Under the pieces are notes generated by a model. It saw only the letters and a program-made list of their open reading frames with translations, did not search any database and was not told the DNA's origin. 64,000 bases of DNA from Planctomycetota bacterium (lineage in GTDB: Bacteria; Planctomycetota; MHYJ01; JACQXL01), in NCBI GenBank assembly GCA_043801445.1, contig JAZDMB010000032.1, forward strand, positions 29,438 to 93,437. Reading direction: 5' to 3'. The translations under genes and the position numbers were made by a program. This document shows, piece by piece, positions 8,762 to 16,489 of the stretch. Numbering within the stretch: the first letter of the stretch is position 1; every line of letters starts with the position of its first letter.

Positions 8762-9253
8762 ATGTTTTACGAAGATGTCTTCAGGGCATTGAACAAGGCA
8801 AGAGTTAAATATTTAGTGGCAGGCGGTTTCGGTGTTGTATTACACGGTTTCCCCCGCTTCACCGCAGATTTAGACCTGATTATCCATCTGGAAGAAAAGA
8901 ATATTGATAGATTCTTTGAGACGGTTGCGAAATTAGGCTACCGTCCCCGGCTGCCTGTTACCAAAGAAGACTTTAAGAATAAACATAAAAGAACAGAATG
9001 GATAAAAACCAGGAATATAACGGTCTTTTCGTTCTTCCATTCCAAGAAACCGATGGAGACCATAGATTTGTTCGTGAAAGAGCCAATCAAATTTGAGGTA
9101 ATGGCAAAAGACGCCGAGAAGATTAAGGTAAAAGGTATTACTATCCCAACACTATCTATAAAACACCTGATACGATTGAAGAAGAAAGCCGGCAGGCCGG
9201 AAGACCTTATTGATATAGCAAACCTGAAAGTAATACAAAAGGGTAATCAGTAA
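8762..9253 (+). CDS. Minimal nucleotidyltransferase-fold protein (pol-beta superfamily)
   Basis: GGFGVVLHGFPRFTADLDLII matches the GS-x(9-13)-DxD NTase signature. 163 aa. First gene of the accessory island. Confidence 0.65.
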   Translation: MFYEDVFRALNKARVKYLVAGGFGVVLHGFPRFTADLDLIIHLEEKNIDRFFETVAKLGYRPRLPVTKEDFKNKHKRTEWIKTRNITVFSFFHSKKPMETIDLFVKEPIKFEVMAKDAEKIKVKGITIPTLSIKHLIRLKKKAGRPEDLIDIANLKVIQKGNQ

Positions 9254-9531
9254 TGGCAAAAAAATGTCTCCGCCAAAGGCGGATCTGCCTCTGGCACAGG
9301 GTTGCAGGAAAAAGACTGCATCCGACTAATAAAATCAAACCCAACGAACATCTAAAGGAATACCTCAAAACCACGCCATTACAACGGCTTGAATGGCTGG
9401 AGCAAGCCAACAAATTCGTCTATGAAAACCACCTGGCAAAGATAGGAACCAAACCCGCCCGAACCTGCCCGAATGACCATTCGGTCGGGCGGGCGACCAT
9501 AGGGTCGGGCAGGCACGAAACCAAGAATTAA
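9253..9531 (+). CDS. Small basic hypothetical protein, start overlapping the NTase stop; the 3' end is encoded by GC-rich palindromic repeats
   Basis: ATGGCAAAAAAATG start overlaps the NTase stop. The C-terminal ~30 codons coincide with stacked CCTGCCCGA/GTCGGGCAGG palindromes, so the real extent is uncertain. Confidence 0.35.
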   Translation: MAKKCLRQRRICLWHRVAGKRLHPTNKIKPNEHLKEYLKTTPLQRLEWLEQANKFVYENHLAKIGTKPARTCPNDHSVGRATIGSGRHETKN

Positions 9532-9857
9532 CCACAAGATTAGCACCAGATTTTCACGAGATTTCTCTGGTGCCAATCTGCCTGCCTACTTGGTATAATC
9601 TGTGGTTTATTTCTTTCTTGTATTCATGTCCTCTTTATAAAATTATCCGTGTTCATCTGCGTTAATCTGTGTCCTATATTTCTCTGCGTCCTTTGCGCCT
9701 CTGCGGTTAAATTATACTACCTACTTCATACTTTATACTACATACTTCTCTATCCCCTCAGCACGACCACCTGTCCCGTTAGAAGCAACCAAATTGCTGT
9801 AGAGACGAATGAAATTATATCACATATTGAAAGCGAGGCTTCTAACGGGCTGAGAAG

Positions 9858-10805
9858 CTATCCCCTCAGGACTACTACCTCAAATGTATTATCCGCTATA
9901 GCCGGTTGGTTCAGCAGGATTGAAATCCCTGTCCCTTGCGGTAGCCCCGGTAACAGGAATAGTTGTCTAATCAACTGGTCTTGATTCACAGGTATAGAGT
10001 AACCCAAAATCACACCGCCATTCAAATCAGGGTCACCCAAAGGCGGATATAGTCCGCCTACCTGTAATGCCGGAATCGTGATACTGATAACCTTGTAGGA
10101 TAATTTGGTTTTCGTCACCGCGCCGTTCTGGATTTTTTCCGTTGACACACTGTCTACTGCCAACTGACTACTGCCTACTGCGCCAGCCCCAATTTCATCT
10201 GTAGCCACCGGAGGCACCAATGGTCTTGATACACCGCCACCACCCGGAGCAATCCACTCAAATCTTTCCTGTGCCTGATTGTAAGAAGGGACTTCGCCAT
10301 TAGCCGGAGCATCGATTGCCCTGATATGTCTTGGCTCAACCGACCCGTTAATAATCTCCAGATAGCCCACCGAATTAGAAGCCAGTTTTACTTTAGTCAC
10401 TGAGTTAGTGGCAAGTTTATCGGCAGTAACAGCGCTTGCCTTTATCTTATCCGCAGTAATCGCGTTATTCTGGATTTTAGTTTCGGAAACCGCATTATCG
10501 GCAATTTCCACAGTTGCAACGGGCGGGGTCAAAGGTCTGCCCAGAACCCCATCACTGATTTTGTCTTTAGTGATAGTTCCGTCTGCGATTTTAATGCCCG
10601 TGATTGCACCGTCAATAATCTTGCTTGTAGATATTGAACGGTCAGCAATCTTCTCGCCCGTAACCTGCTTATCAGCAATCTTATCAGTCTTAACTGCCCC
10701 ATCCTTGATTTTGTTAGTCGTAACCGAATTATCAGCCAGTTTGGATTCGGTTACCGCATAAGATGCGATGTTTGGGGTTTTGACTTCATTTGGTTTTAAT
10801 GACAT
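9858..10805 (-). CDS. Repeat protein with about 20 copies of an 11-residue K-I-x-D-G-A-V-T-type repeat (beta-helix-like; tail-fibre-like or adhesin-like)
   Basis: Visible periodicity NKIKDGAVKTDKIADKQVTGEKIADRSISTSKIIDGAITGIKIADGTITKDKISDGV... followed by a non-repetitive C-terminal domain. Confidence 0.6.
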   Translation of the reverse strand: MSLKPNEVKTPNIASYAVTESKLADNSVTTNKIKDGAVKTDKIADKQVTGEKIADRSISTSKIIDGAITGIKIADGTITKDKISDGVLGRPLTPPVATVEIADNAVSETKIQNNAITADKIKASAVTADKLATNSVTKVKLASNSVGYLEIINGSVEPRHIRAIDAPANGEVPSYNQAQERFEWIAPGGGGVSRPLVPPVATDEIGAGAVGSSQLAVDSVSTEKIQNGAVTKTKLSYKVISITIPALQVGGLYPPLGDPDLNGGVILGYSIPVNQDQLIRQLFLLPGLPQGTGISILLNQPAIADNTFEVVVLRG

Positions 10806-11008
10806 ATAAATCTCCTTTTAGAGCCAGTTAGAATCCCGCTTTAGCGGGATGAGTTACAGGCTCTTATCCCGATGAGCATAGCGACATCGGGGTCTTTGCC
10901 ACAAAGCACACAAAGGACACAAAGTTAAGTGTTTTATTATGCTTCGTAGTTTATTTACTACAGCGTAGGGGCGGTTTTACCCGCCCCCACAATCTGTATA
11001 ATCTGTGG

Positions 11009-11821
11009 CTACACCGTTGACACCTGGATTTCCAGGAACATCTTACTATCCACCAGAATGTAGTCGCAATGACTATCTCCGCCTGTAGTGAATGGCTCAT
11101 ATGTTACGGAATCCTGCAAGCCCTTGATTATCGCATTAATGGCGTCGTTCTCTTTGGCAAAAGCCGCCGCAAGCATTTTGCTATCAAGGATAATCACGCC
11201 GCTTTTGGTCAGTTGCTGTGCCAGAGCCACCTTTAGGGCAGTTCTGGTATCAACCGTTGTGACTTGCGCCACATTGACCGGACCGCCTGATATGACTATA
11301 TCAGCTCCGCGGATATGACCCTCCGCAGTCGGCTCATCAGTCAGCCAGAGCGGAGCAATGCCGGACACCGATTTACCGATGGTTTTTTCCCCGGTAAAGG
11401 GCAATGACCGTTTTGCTACCCTGCTGACATACAGGTCAACCGCATTATCAACGCTTTCCTTGTAGCGTTTGCCGATTTCGCCGTCAATCTCCTCAAATGC
11501 CCGAAGCAACTTGGCTTCGTATTTATTGAAGGTGTTTAGGACGTTCTCGGCCTGGGTATTGACGATGTCATTCCGGGACTTACCGCTTCGTGACCTGAAG
11601 GTGGCAGACGGGAACGGTGCATAACCTTCACTGGATGGTCCGCCCAGTTTAAGTTTGTAAGCCATTTCGTCCGGTATGATAAGTTTCCGTTTCATATCAA
11701 TTACCTCTGCCTTGTTCTTCAGACCGTCACGCCAGCCGTTGCTCATATGTTCCGGGATTGTGGTTAAATCCAGCGGCACGAACAACCTCACTTTACTTAC
11801 TATTGTTGACATTTTTCTCAC
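11009..11821 (-). CDS. Hypothetical protein (270 aa; size fits an HK97-fold capsid or encapsulin-like shell protein, but no supporting motif was found)
   Basis: Clean ORF with repeat elements on both sides. No recognisable catalytic motif. Confidence 0.5.
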   Translation of the reverse strand: MRKMSTIVSKVRLFVPLDLTTIPEHMSNGWRDGLKNKAEVIDMKRKLIIPDEMAYKLKLGGPSSEGYAPFPSATFRSRSGKSRNDIVNTQAENVLNTFNKYEAKLLRAFEEIDGEIGKRYKESVDNAVDLYVSRVAKRSLPFTGEKTIGKSVSGIAPLWLTDEPTAEGHIRGADIVISGGPVNVAQVTTVDTRTALKVALAQQLTKSGVIILDSKMLAAAFAKENDAINAIIKGLQDSVTYEPFTTGGDSHCDYILVDSKMFLEIQVSTV

Positions 11822-11858
11822 CCCCTTTTCTTGTCTGTTAAAGTTTTACAATGGTTAA

Positions 11859-11990
11859 CCCGCCTGACTGGCGCCAGTCGGGCAGGTGCGCGCATCGTTT
11901 GGTTTGTTTCACCACAAAGAACACAAAGGTCACAAAGAATTTCTCTGTGTGCTCTGTGTCTCTGTGGCAAAGATTACTTGCTGAGCCAGT
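11859..11990. repeat. GC-rich palindromic element (CCCGCCTGACtggcgccaGTCGGGCAGG) plus heptad hairpin (CACAAAG x3 / CTCTGTG x3)
   Basis: Read directly from sequence. Confidence 0.8.
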
Positions 11991-12375
11991 GTCTGAGTTT
12001 CCTGATTCCAATTGCATAGAGTTCCAAGACCCTGTTTGTGCTGATACCCACAGCCAGTGCGGTGTAATTAACCGAGCGCCTGTAAGAGGCAATCTCCATA
12101 ACTACTTCCGCCTCTATTTGGCTCACGATTCCGCCTTCTACTGCTTCTAAAAGAGTGGACGAACCCATATAGTTCCGAAGTTCCTTGTTTGTCTCTGGAA
12201 CAGCGGGCGGAATGGCTGGCTCCGCTTCCGGGGCGGGCATCACTGCACCTGCCCTAATGATTTCTTCTAACATGGTTTTTCTCCATCTCTGCCACTGAGA
12301 CACAGAGTCCACAGAGGACTTAGTGTCTTTGTGTCTTGGTGGCTGTTTAAGGTGTTCATATCTATTGTCCTCCAA
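11974..12375 (-). CDS. Small sigma-70 region-4-like HTH protein
   Basis: C-terminal IEAEVVMEIASYRRSVNYTALAVGISTNRVLELYAIGIRKLRHWL resembles sigma region 4 / LuxR-type HTH. The N-terminal ~35 codons of the track ORF are encoded by a CACAGAG/CTTTGTG repeat, so the true start is probably the Met near 12270 (MLEEIIRAG). Confidence 0.55.
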   Translation of the reverse strand: MEDNRYEHLKQPPRHKDTKSSVDSVSQWQRWRKTMLEEIIRAGAVMPAPEAEPAIPPAVPETNKELRNYMGSSTLLEAVEGGIVSQIEAEVVMEIASYRRSVNYTALAVGISTNRVLELYAIGIRKLRHWLSK

Positions 12376-12544
12376 AATACATAAGGTGAATTGTCGCAGG
12401 TTGGCTGATATTATTTTTGCATGATTTGGCTAATTTGCCTTAACCCCAGTATTGGCAAGCAATTTGAGCCAAAGAATTTTTGAGGAATTTTTGGAATGCG
12501 CTGATTTTAGCCGAATGATTTGGAACTAGTTCCCTCTTTTGGGC

Positions 12545-12875
12545 TCATAAGGTGCGTCCTTCAGCGATATACCCTATGTCCTTATGAATAAAACCGTATG
12601 TCCTTTTGGAATAAACCCAATGTCCCTTTGTTATAAACCCTACGTCCTTATGAAATAAACGATATGTCCTTCTGTTTCAAACGGTATGTCCTTTTGGAAT
12701 AAATCGTATGCCCTTTTATTTCAAATCCTATGTCCTTTTGGAACAAATCGTATGTCCTTTTGTTCTAAAAAGTGTGTCCCTTTAGAATAAATCCAACGTC
12801 CTTATATAACAAACGATATGTCCTTTTATAATAAACGGTATGTCCTCTTGGGAAACACCCTATCCAGCGTGGGAA
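12545..12875. repeat. Direct tandem array of ~13 x 22-bp units (consensus TATGTCCTTTTGGAATAAATCG), iteron-like
   Basis: Units abut with no spacers. The TATGTCC core is conserved and the 3' half is variable. Confidence 0.9.
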
Positions 12876-12982
12876 TAATACCTACTACCTCTTAGATAAC
12901 ATGGGGTATCCCCTGCCAGTAGGGGGGTGGGGGTAAACCAAGGGTAATTGGGTGATTAGGATATTAGGAAATCAGTGGGGAA

Positions 12983-13654
12983 TTAGGGAATTGGGAAGGG
13001 TTCGGGTTCTTCGTCGTCCGGGATATTATCTATGTCGTGCTTCCATTCGTCCGGGTTATAGGCCTTTAACTGGAACTTGGTCTTGTAGGTGTAGGCTTCG
13101 GAATAGGGATGGAACGGGTCTTCGGCAAGCCCGAAGAACGTCTTGAGTTTCTGACGCAGTCCGTAGATTGACTTCTTGGTGCGTGAAATCTCTTTGGCTG
13201 AGTATTTATCGGTATGAATGATACTGGATTTGCCTATCATTTCCGTGGATTCCGAGTCGTCATCATCACCATCTGCGTTCCAGCGGTGCTTGATTCTGCC
13301 GCCCTTGCGCCAAGGGAGTTCGCCGTCGTGCTCTGCCAGCCGTTGCAGTAGTTTCCAGTGCCGGTCAGGGCTCAGCCGGCTCTTGCGGAGTTTATCGTAG
13401 CAATCTAATTCTACGAAATTGACCTTACGGGGCTTGGGCATAACGTTGCGGATTGAAATCAGGGCGTATGTCTCGCTCAGTTTAATAACAATATCTTGCC
13501 AGTTAGTTCCGGTCGGAAGTGGGAATTTGGGCGTTCTGATAGCGGAGAGAACCGGCGCCTGTGCCTTGAACCCGGAAAGGAACGAGATAATCTGGTCTAA
13601 TTTACGGTTGATAGACTGTAAACATTCATTATCAATATTGTCTTTGGAGGACAT
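12983..13654 (-). CDS. Hypothetical acidic protein (223 aa, DGDDDDSES patch)
   Basis: Starts 8 bp after the stop of the DUF4238-like gene, so likely co-transcribed. No recognisable domain. Followed by the 22-bp tandem array. Confidence 0.6.
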   Translation of the reverse strand: MSSKDNIDNECLQSINRKLDQIISFLSGFKAQAPVLSAIRTPKFPLPTGTNWQDIVIKLSETYALISIRNVMPKPRKVNFVELDCYDKLRKSRLSPDRHWKLLQRLAEHDGELPWRKGGRIKHRWNADGDDDDSESTEMIGKSSIIHTDKYSAKEISRTKKSIYGLRQKLKTFFGLAEDPFHPYSEAYTYKTKFQLKAYNPDEWKHDIDNIPDDEEPEPFPIP

Positions 13655-13662
13655 AATTATTT

Positions 13663-14628
13663 CTATTTAGAATTAGGTGTCGTATCAACGAAATTCTCTG
13701 ATATATTAAAATAAGGTTTTATATTATCTTTAATGAACTCAGAATCAGTAGAAGAATAGATGCATTCATTAGCCCACATTAATGTTCTATTATTAAATAT
13801 TTTAACATTTTCAGGGGGTAATGGAATGACACTTGGTTTTTTATACCAAGTTAACATCAAACAAATACTGGGACATAACGGGATAGTTATTTCAATATCT
13901 TTTTGAGCAATCCCATAACCGTACGGACTATTCTGGAGTTTCGGATTAAATAAAACAAAAGGATTATCAGAGGTTATAAAGGGATGCTCGTCAAGCGTTG
14001 CTAGATAGGAAAAATTCATACGAGCAATCTTATTTACCAAACTCATATCTTGGCCTAAAGTAACCATGGCTCTAAGGTGGGGAATATTGTTAACAGAAAT
14101 ATTATATTTTTTACTTAGTGCAAATTGTCTCAGATTTTCCACCTCACCTGGTTTATTGCCGACATCTATTTTAGCTTTCTTTATCGTATTCTCAAAAAGT
14201 GTTTTATCTGAGGCAACCATTAATGTTGCCTTCTTAATTACATCCTTTATAAACACATTAATATTTTCTCTCATATCAGGCGTTCTTAGAAACAGATACA
14301 AAAGAAAATACGCCAGGTCGGTTTTTTCCTGATTAGATAGGCGGACAGGATTTCTGAGGATTTTCTTTATGACATTGAAAGCTCCGCTTTCTATTCGCGC
14401 AAGAATTGTTTCTAAATCTCTATTTGGCCTGTCTTCTTTATCTTTTACGGTATAGAACTCTTTCTGAACGGCAACATTTATTAGATTCGCCCGAAAAGGT
14501 TTTCTCTGGCGGTGAAAAACCCAGATTGCGTCAGTAATTCTCTTGTTTTTATCGGGAATACAAAAATTCTTAAGATAGAATTGCGGAATAGTATGCTGTC
14601 TTTTAGTGTTATTATTTGATGTTCCCAT
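13663..14628 (-). CDS. DUF4238-like protein
   Basis: N-terminal KRQHTIPQFYLKNF resembles the conserved H-x-V/I-P-Q-F-Y-L motif that opens DUF4238 proteins. 321 aa. Confidence 0.6.
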   Translation of the reverse strand: MGTSNNNTKRQHTIPQFYLKNFCIPDKNKRITDAIWVFHRQRKPFRANLINVAVQKEFYTVKDKEDRPNRDLETILARIESGAFNVIKKILRNPVRLSNQEKTDLAYFLLYLFLRTPDMRENINVFIKDVIKKATLMVASDKTLFENTIKKAKIDVGNKPGEVENLRQFALSKKYNISVNNIPHLRAMVTLGQDMSLVNKIARMNFSYLATLDEHPFITSDNPFVLFNPKLQNSPYGYGIAQKDIEITIPLCPSICLMLTWYKKPSVIPLPPENVKIFNNRTLMWANECIYSSTDSEFIKDNIKPYFNISENFVDTTPNSK

Positions 14629-14710
14629 ACTTATTTTTGTTCGGAATTATGTATTGCGTTATCAGAATTATTCAGTTATTACCACATTAATATTTTGATT
14701 GCTCTCGCCA

Positions 14711-15079
14711 TTATTCATCTTTCCGTATAAATGAATTGATTTCATCAGAAACTGTATCCAAAATAATAAGTAAGATTACTACTAATCCCATTAGTGATAA
14801 CCCAATAGGATAGATTATATTCCTTATCGGTTTTATCTCTTTCTCTGGGAATATACTAATAATCAAAGATAACACAACTAAACTTGCTAAAGCAAAAATG
14901 TCCCCCTTAAGGAACCAACCTATTAAACGGATAGAATCGCTTTCGTAATGAATTGTCTTACATATTGGACAGGTCTGATATCTATGAGTAACTGATACAT
15001 GTTTATCGTCAGTCCCTTCCCATTTATGCTTACATCGCTTACATTCTAATAATCTTAGTGTTTCCATAAAACCTCCCAT
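14711..15079 (-). CDS. Small membrane protein with N-terminal CxxC...CxxC zinc ribbon and two TM helices
   Basis: CKRCKHKW...CPICKTIH, then two hydrophobic helices (IFALASLVVLSLIISIF and IGLSLMGLVVILLIIL). Lies 82 bp upstream of, and co-directional with, the DUF4238-like gene. Confidence 0.55.
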   Translation of the reverse strand: MGGFMETLRLLECKRCKHKWEGTDDKHVSVTHRYQTCPICKTIHYESDSIRLIGWFLKGDIFALASLVVLSLIISIFPEKEIKPIRNIIYPIGLSLMGLVVILLIILDTVSDEINSFIRKDE

Positions 15080-15133
15080 CTAATAAAAAAGTTTCTCGCG
15101 GGACAGTGGCGCTAAATCCTCCGCTTAATCCGT

Positions 15134-16177
15134 TTAATCCTGTGTAGTCGCAACGGAGTCCCGATTATTTCGGGGTTGTTTTATTCCTTCAAGTTCGCCG
15201 AGTTTATCGCGCGCTTCGGCATAGTCGGGTTGAATCCGAATCGCCTCTTTGAAGCATTCCATCGCTTTCTGGTTATCGCCCCGAAGTTCTTCGGGACTCC
15301 GCTTCGCTTCGCCGGTTTGTTCATAGGCCACGCCCAGATTAAAGTGCGCTATGGCAAGGTCAGGTTCAATATAAATCGCCTCGTTATAGCATTCTATCGC
15401 TTTTTGATGCTCGCCTATTTTCCCATACATAAAACCGAGATTATTATGCGCCTCGGCATGGGCAGGTTTAAGCCGAATCGTTTTTTCAAAGCATTCTATC
15501 GCTTTCTGATAATCGCCGGCTTCCCCATATATACGGCCAAGATTACAGAGCATCTCGTCATCGTTGGGGTCAAGCCGAGTCGCCTCTTTGAGGCATTCTA
15601 TGGCTTTCTGGTTATCGCCTGTTTTCATATAGGCAAAACCAAGGCTACAGTGTGCCAGGGCATAGTCAGGTTTAAGCCGAATTGCCTCTTTATAGCATTC
15701 CATCTCTTTCTGATAATCGCCTGTTTTCCAATACGCCACGCCTAGATTATAGTGCGCTATGGCATTGTCAGGTTTAAGCCGAATCGCCTCTTTATAGCAT
15801 TCTATCGCTTTTTGATTATCACCCCCGCCTGAACAGCCGGGTTGGGCAGGTGTTTTATCATACAGAAGACCAAGACCATAGTATGCATCGGCATTGTCAG
15901 GTTTAATCCGAATCGCCTCTTTGAGGCATTCTATCGCTTTCGGATTATCACCTATTTTCCCATAGATACGACCAAGGTTACAGTGTGTATCGGCCAGGTC
16001 AGGTTTAATCCGAATCGCCTCCTTAAAGCATTCTATCGCTTTCTGATAATCACCTGTTTTCGCATACAGAACACCAAGACTACAGTGTGCATCGGCATAG
16101 TTAGGTTTAAGCCGGATTGTCTTCTTAAGGGATTCTATAGATGCTTCTATAAGTACATTTTTCATAACGGCCTCCAA
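15134..16177 (-). CDS. TPR repeat protein with about 9 near-perfect 34-aa repeats
   Basis: Repeated QKAIECxKEAIRxKPDxAxAHxNLGxxYxKxGDY. C-terminal PRNNRDSVATTQD is encoded by a TCCCGATTATTTCGGGA palindrome. Confidence 0.85.
   Translation of the reverse strand: MEAVMKNVLIEASIESLKKTIRLKPNYADAHCSLGVLYAKTGDYQKAIECFKEAIRIKPDLADTHCNLGRIYGKIGDNPKAIECLKEAIRIKPDNADAYYGLGLLYDKTPAQPGCSGGGDNQKAIECYKEAIRLKPDNAIAHYNLGVAYWKTGDYQKEMECYKEAIRLKPDYALAHCSLGFAYMKTGDNQKAIECLKEATRLDPNDDEMLCNLGRIYGEAGDYQKAIECFEKTIRLKPAHAEAHNNLGFMYGKIGEHQKAIECYNEAIYIEPDLAIAHFNLGVAYEQTGEAKRSPEELRGDNQKAMECFKEAIRIQPDYAEARDKLGELEGIKQPRNNRDSVATTQD
15230..16140 (-). repeat. Intragenic 102-bp tandem repeats (TPR units)
   Basis: Near-identical 34-codon units repeated ~9 times. 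Confidence 0.85.
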
Positions 16178-16296
16178 ATTCTATAATCCAGTAATCCGTT
16201 TATTCTTATCCATAATTCTTCGTGTTCTTTTAGCGCCATAAGCCCAGTAGGTCGGCACCAGTGGTTAATCCTATTTCGTCAACCGTTTAATTCTCT

Positions 16297-16355
16297 ACGC
16301 AGTGCGTAAAGTTTCTTATCATGAGATTCTGCACGCAGTGCGTGCAGTTTTAATT
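16297..16355. promoter_or_regulatory. Two copies of palindrome ACGCAGTGCGT spaced ~35 bp apart between the two TPR genes
   Basis: TACGCAGTGCGTAAAGTTT and CACGCAGTGCGTGCAGTTTT; a 5-1-5 palindrome, twice. Confidence 0.3.
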
Positions 16356-16489
16356 CAAGAGACGCCATACTTAATCATAGATTGCTTCGGGACTTTGTCC
16401 CTCGCAATGACAGCCCGGGAATCAGATTCCTGTTTTCCTGGTCTCCTTATAGATATATTATTATTCTTTGTGCTCTTTGTGGTTAATAC

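Noticed and set aside
9758-9850. Long imperfect hairpin (CTCAGC...CCCGTTAGAAGC / GCTTCTAACGGGCTGAG) as a structured ncRNA or intron fragment
   Set aside because: No recognisable catalytic-RNA motifs. It lies immediately 3' of the repeat-protein gene on the minus strand and is just as well explained as a transcript 3'-end hairpin built from the recurring CCCGTTAGAA motif.
9649-9984. ORF-track ORFs lying inside repeat regions (9649-9984, 11838-12092, 11851-12150, 41858-42097, 44450-44662, 45001-45385)
   Set aside because: They are translations of the dispersed repeat or tandem-array DNA, with repetitive low-complexity peptides, no RBS context, and mutual overlap on both strands.
12545-12875. 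Tandem arrays at 12.5 kb and 44.9-45.5 kb as CRISPR arrays
   Set aside because: The units abut directly with no unique spacers, the period is 22 bp and units are degenerate, and there are no cas genes. They are satellite or iteron-type direct repeats, not CRISPR.
8440-15133. Calling the island a prophage
   Set aside because: No integrase, terminase, portal, tail or lysis genes and no flanking tRNA. The capsid-like and fibre-like assignments are based on size and repeat pattern only.
15176-16186. Antisense ORFs within TPR genes (15176-15745, 15842-16186) and similar antisense ORFs inside fabF, clpC, dnaE, bioA and others
   Set aside because: These are typical shadow ORFs opposite strongly supported genes. 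The periodic repeat structure of the TPR genes keeps the antisense frame open.
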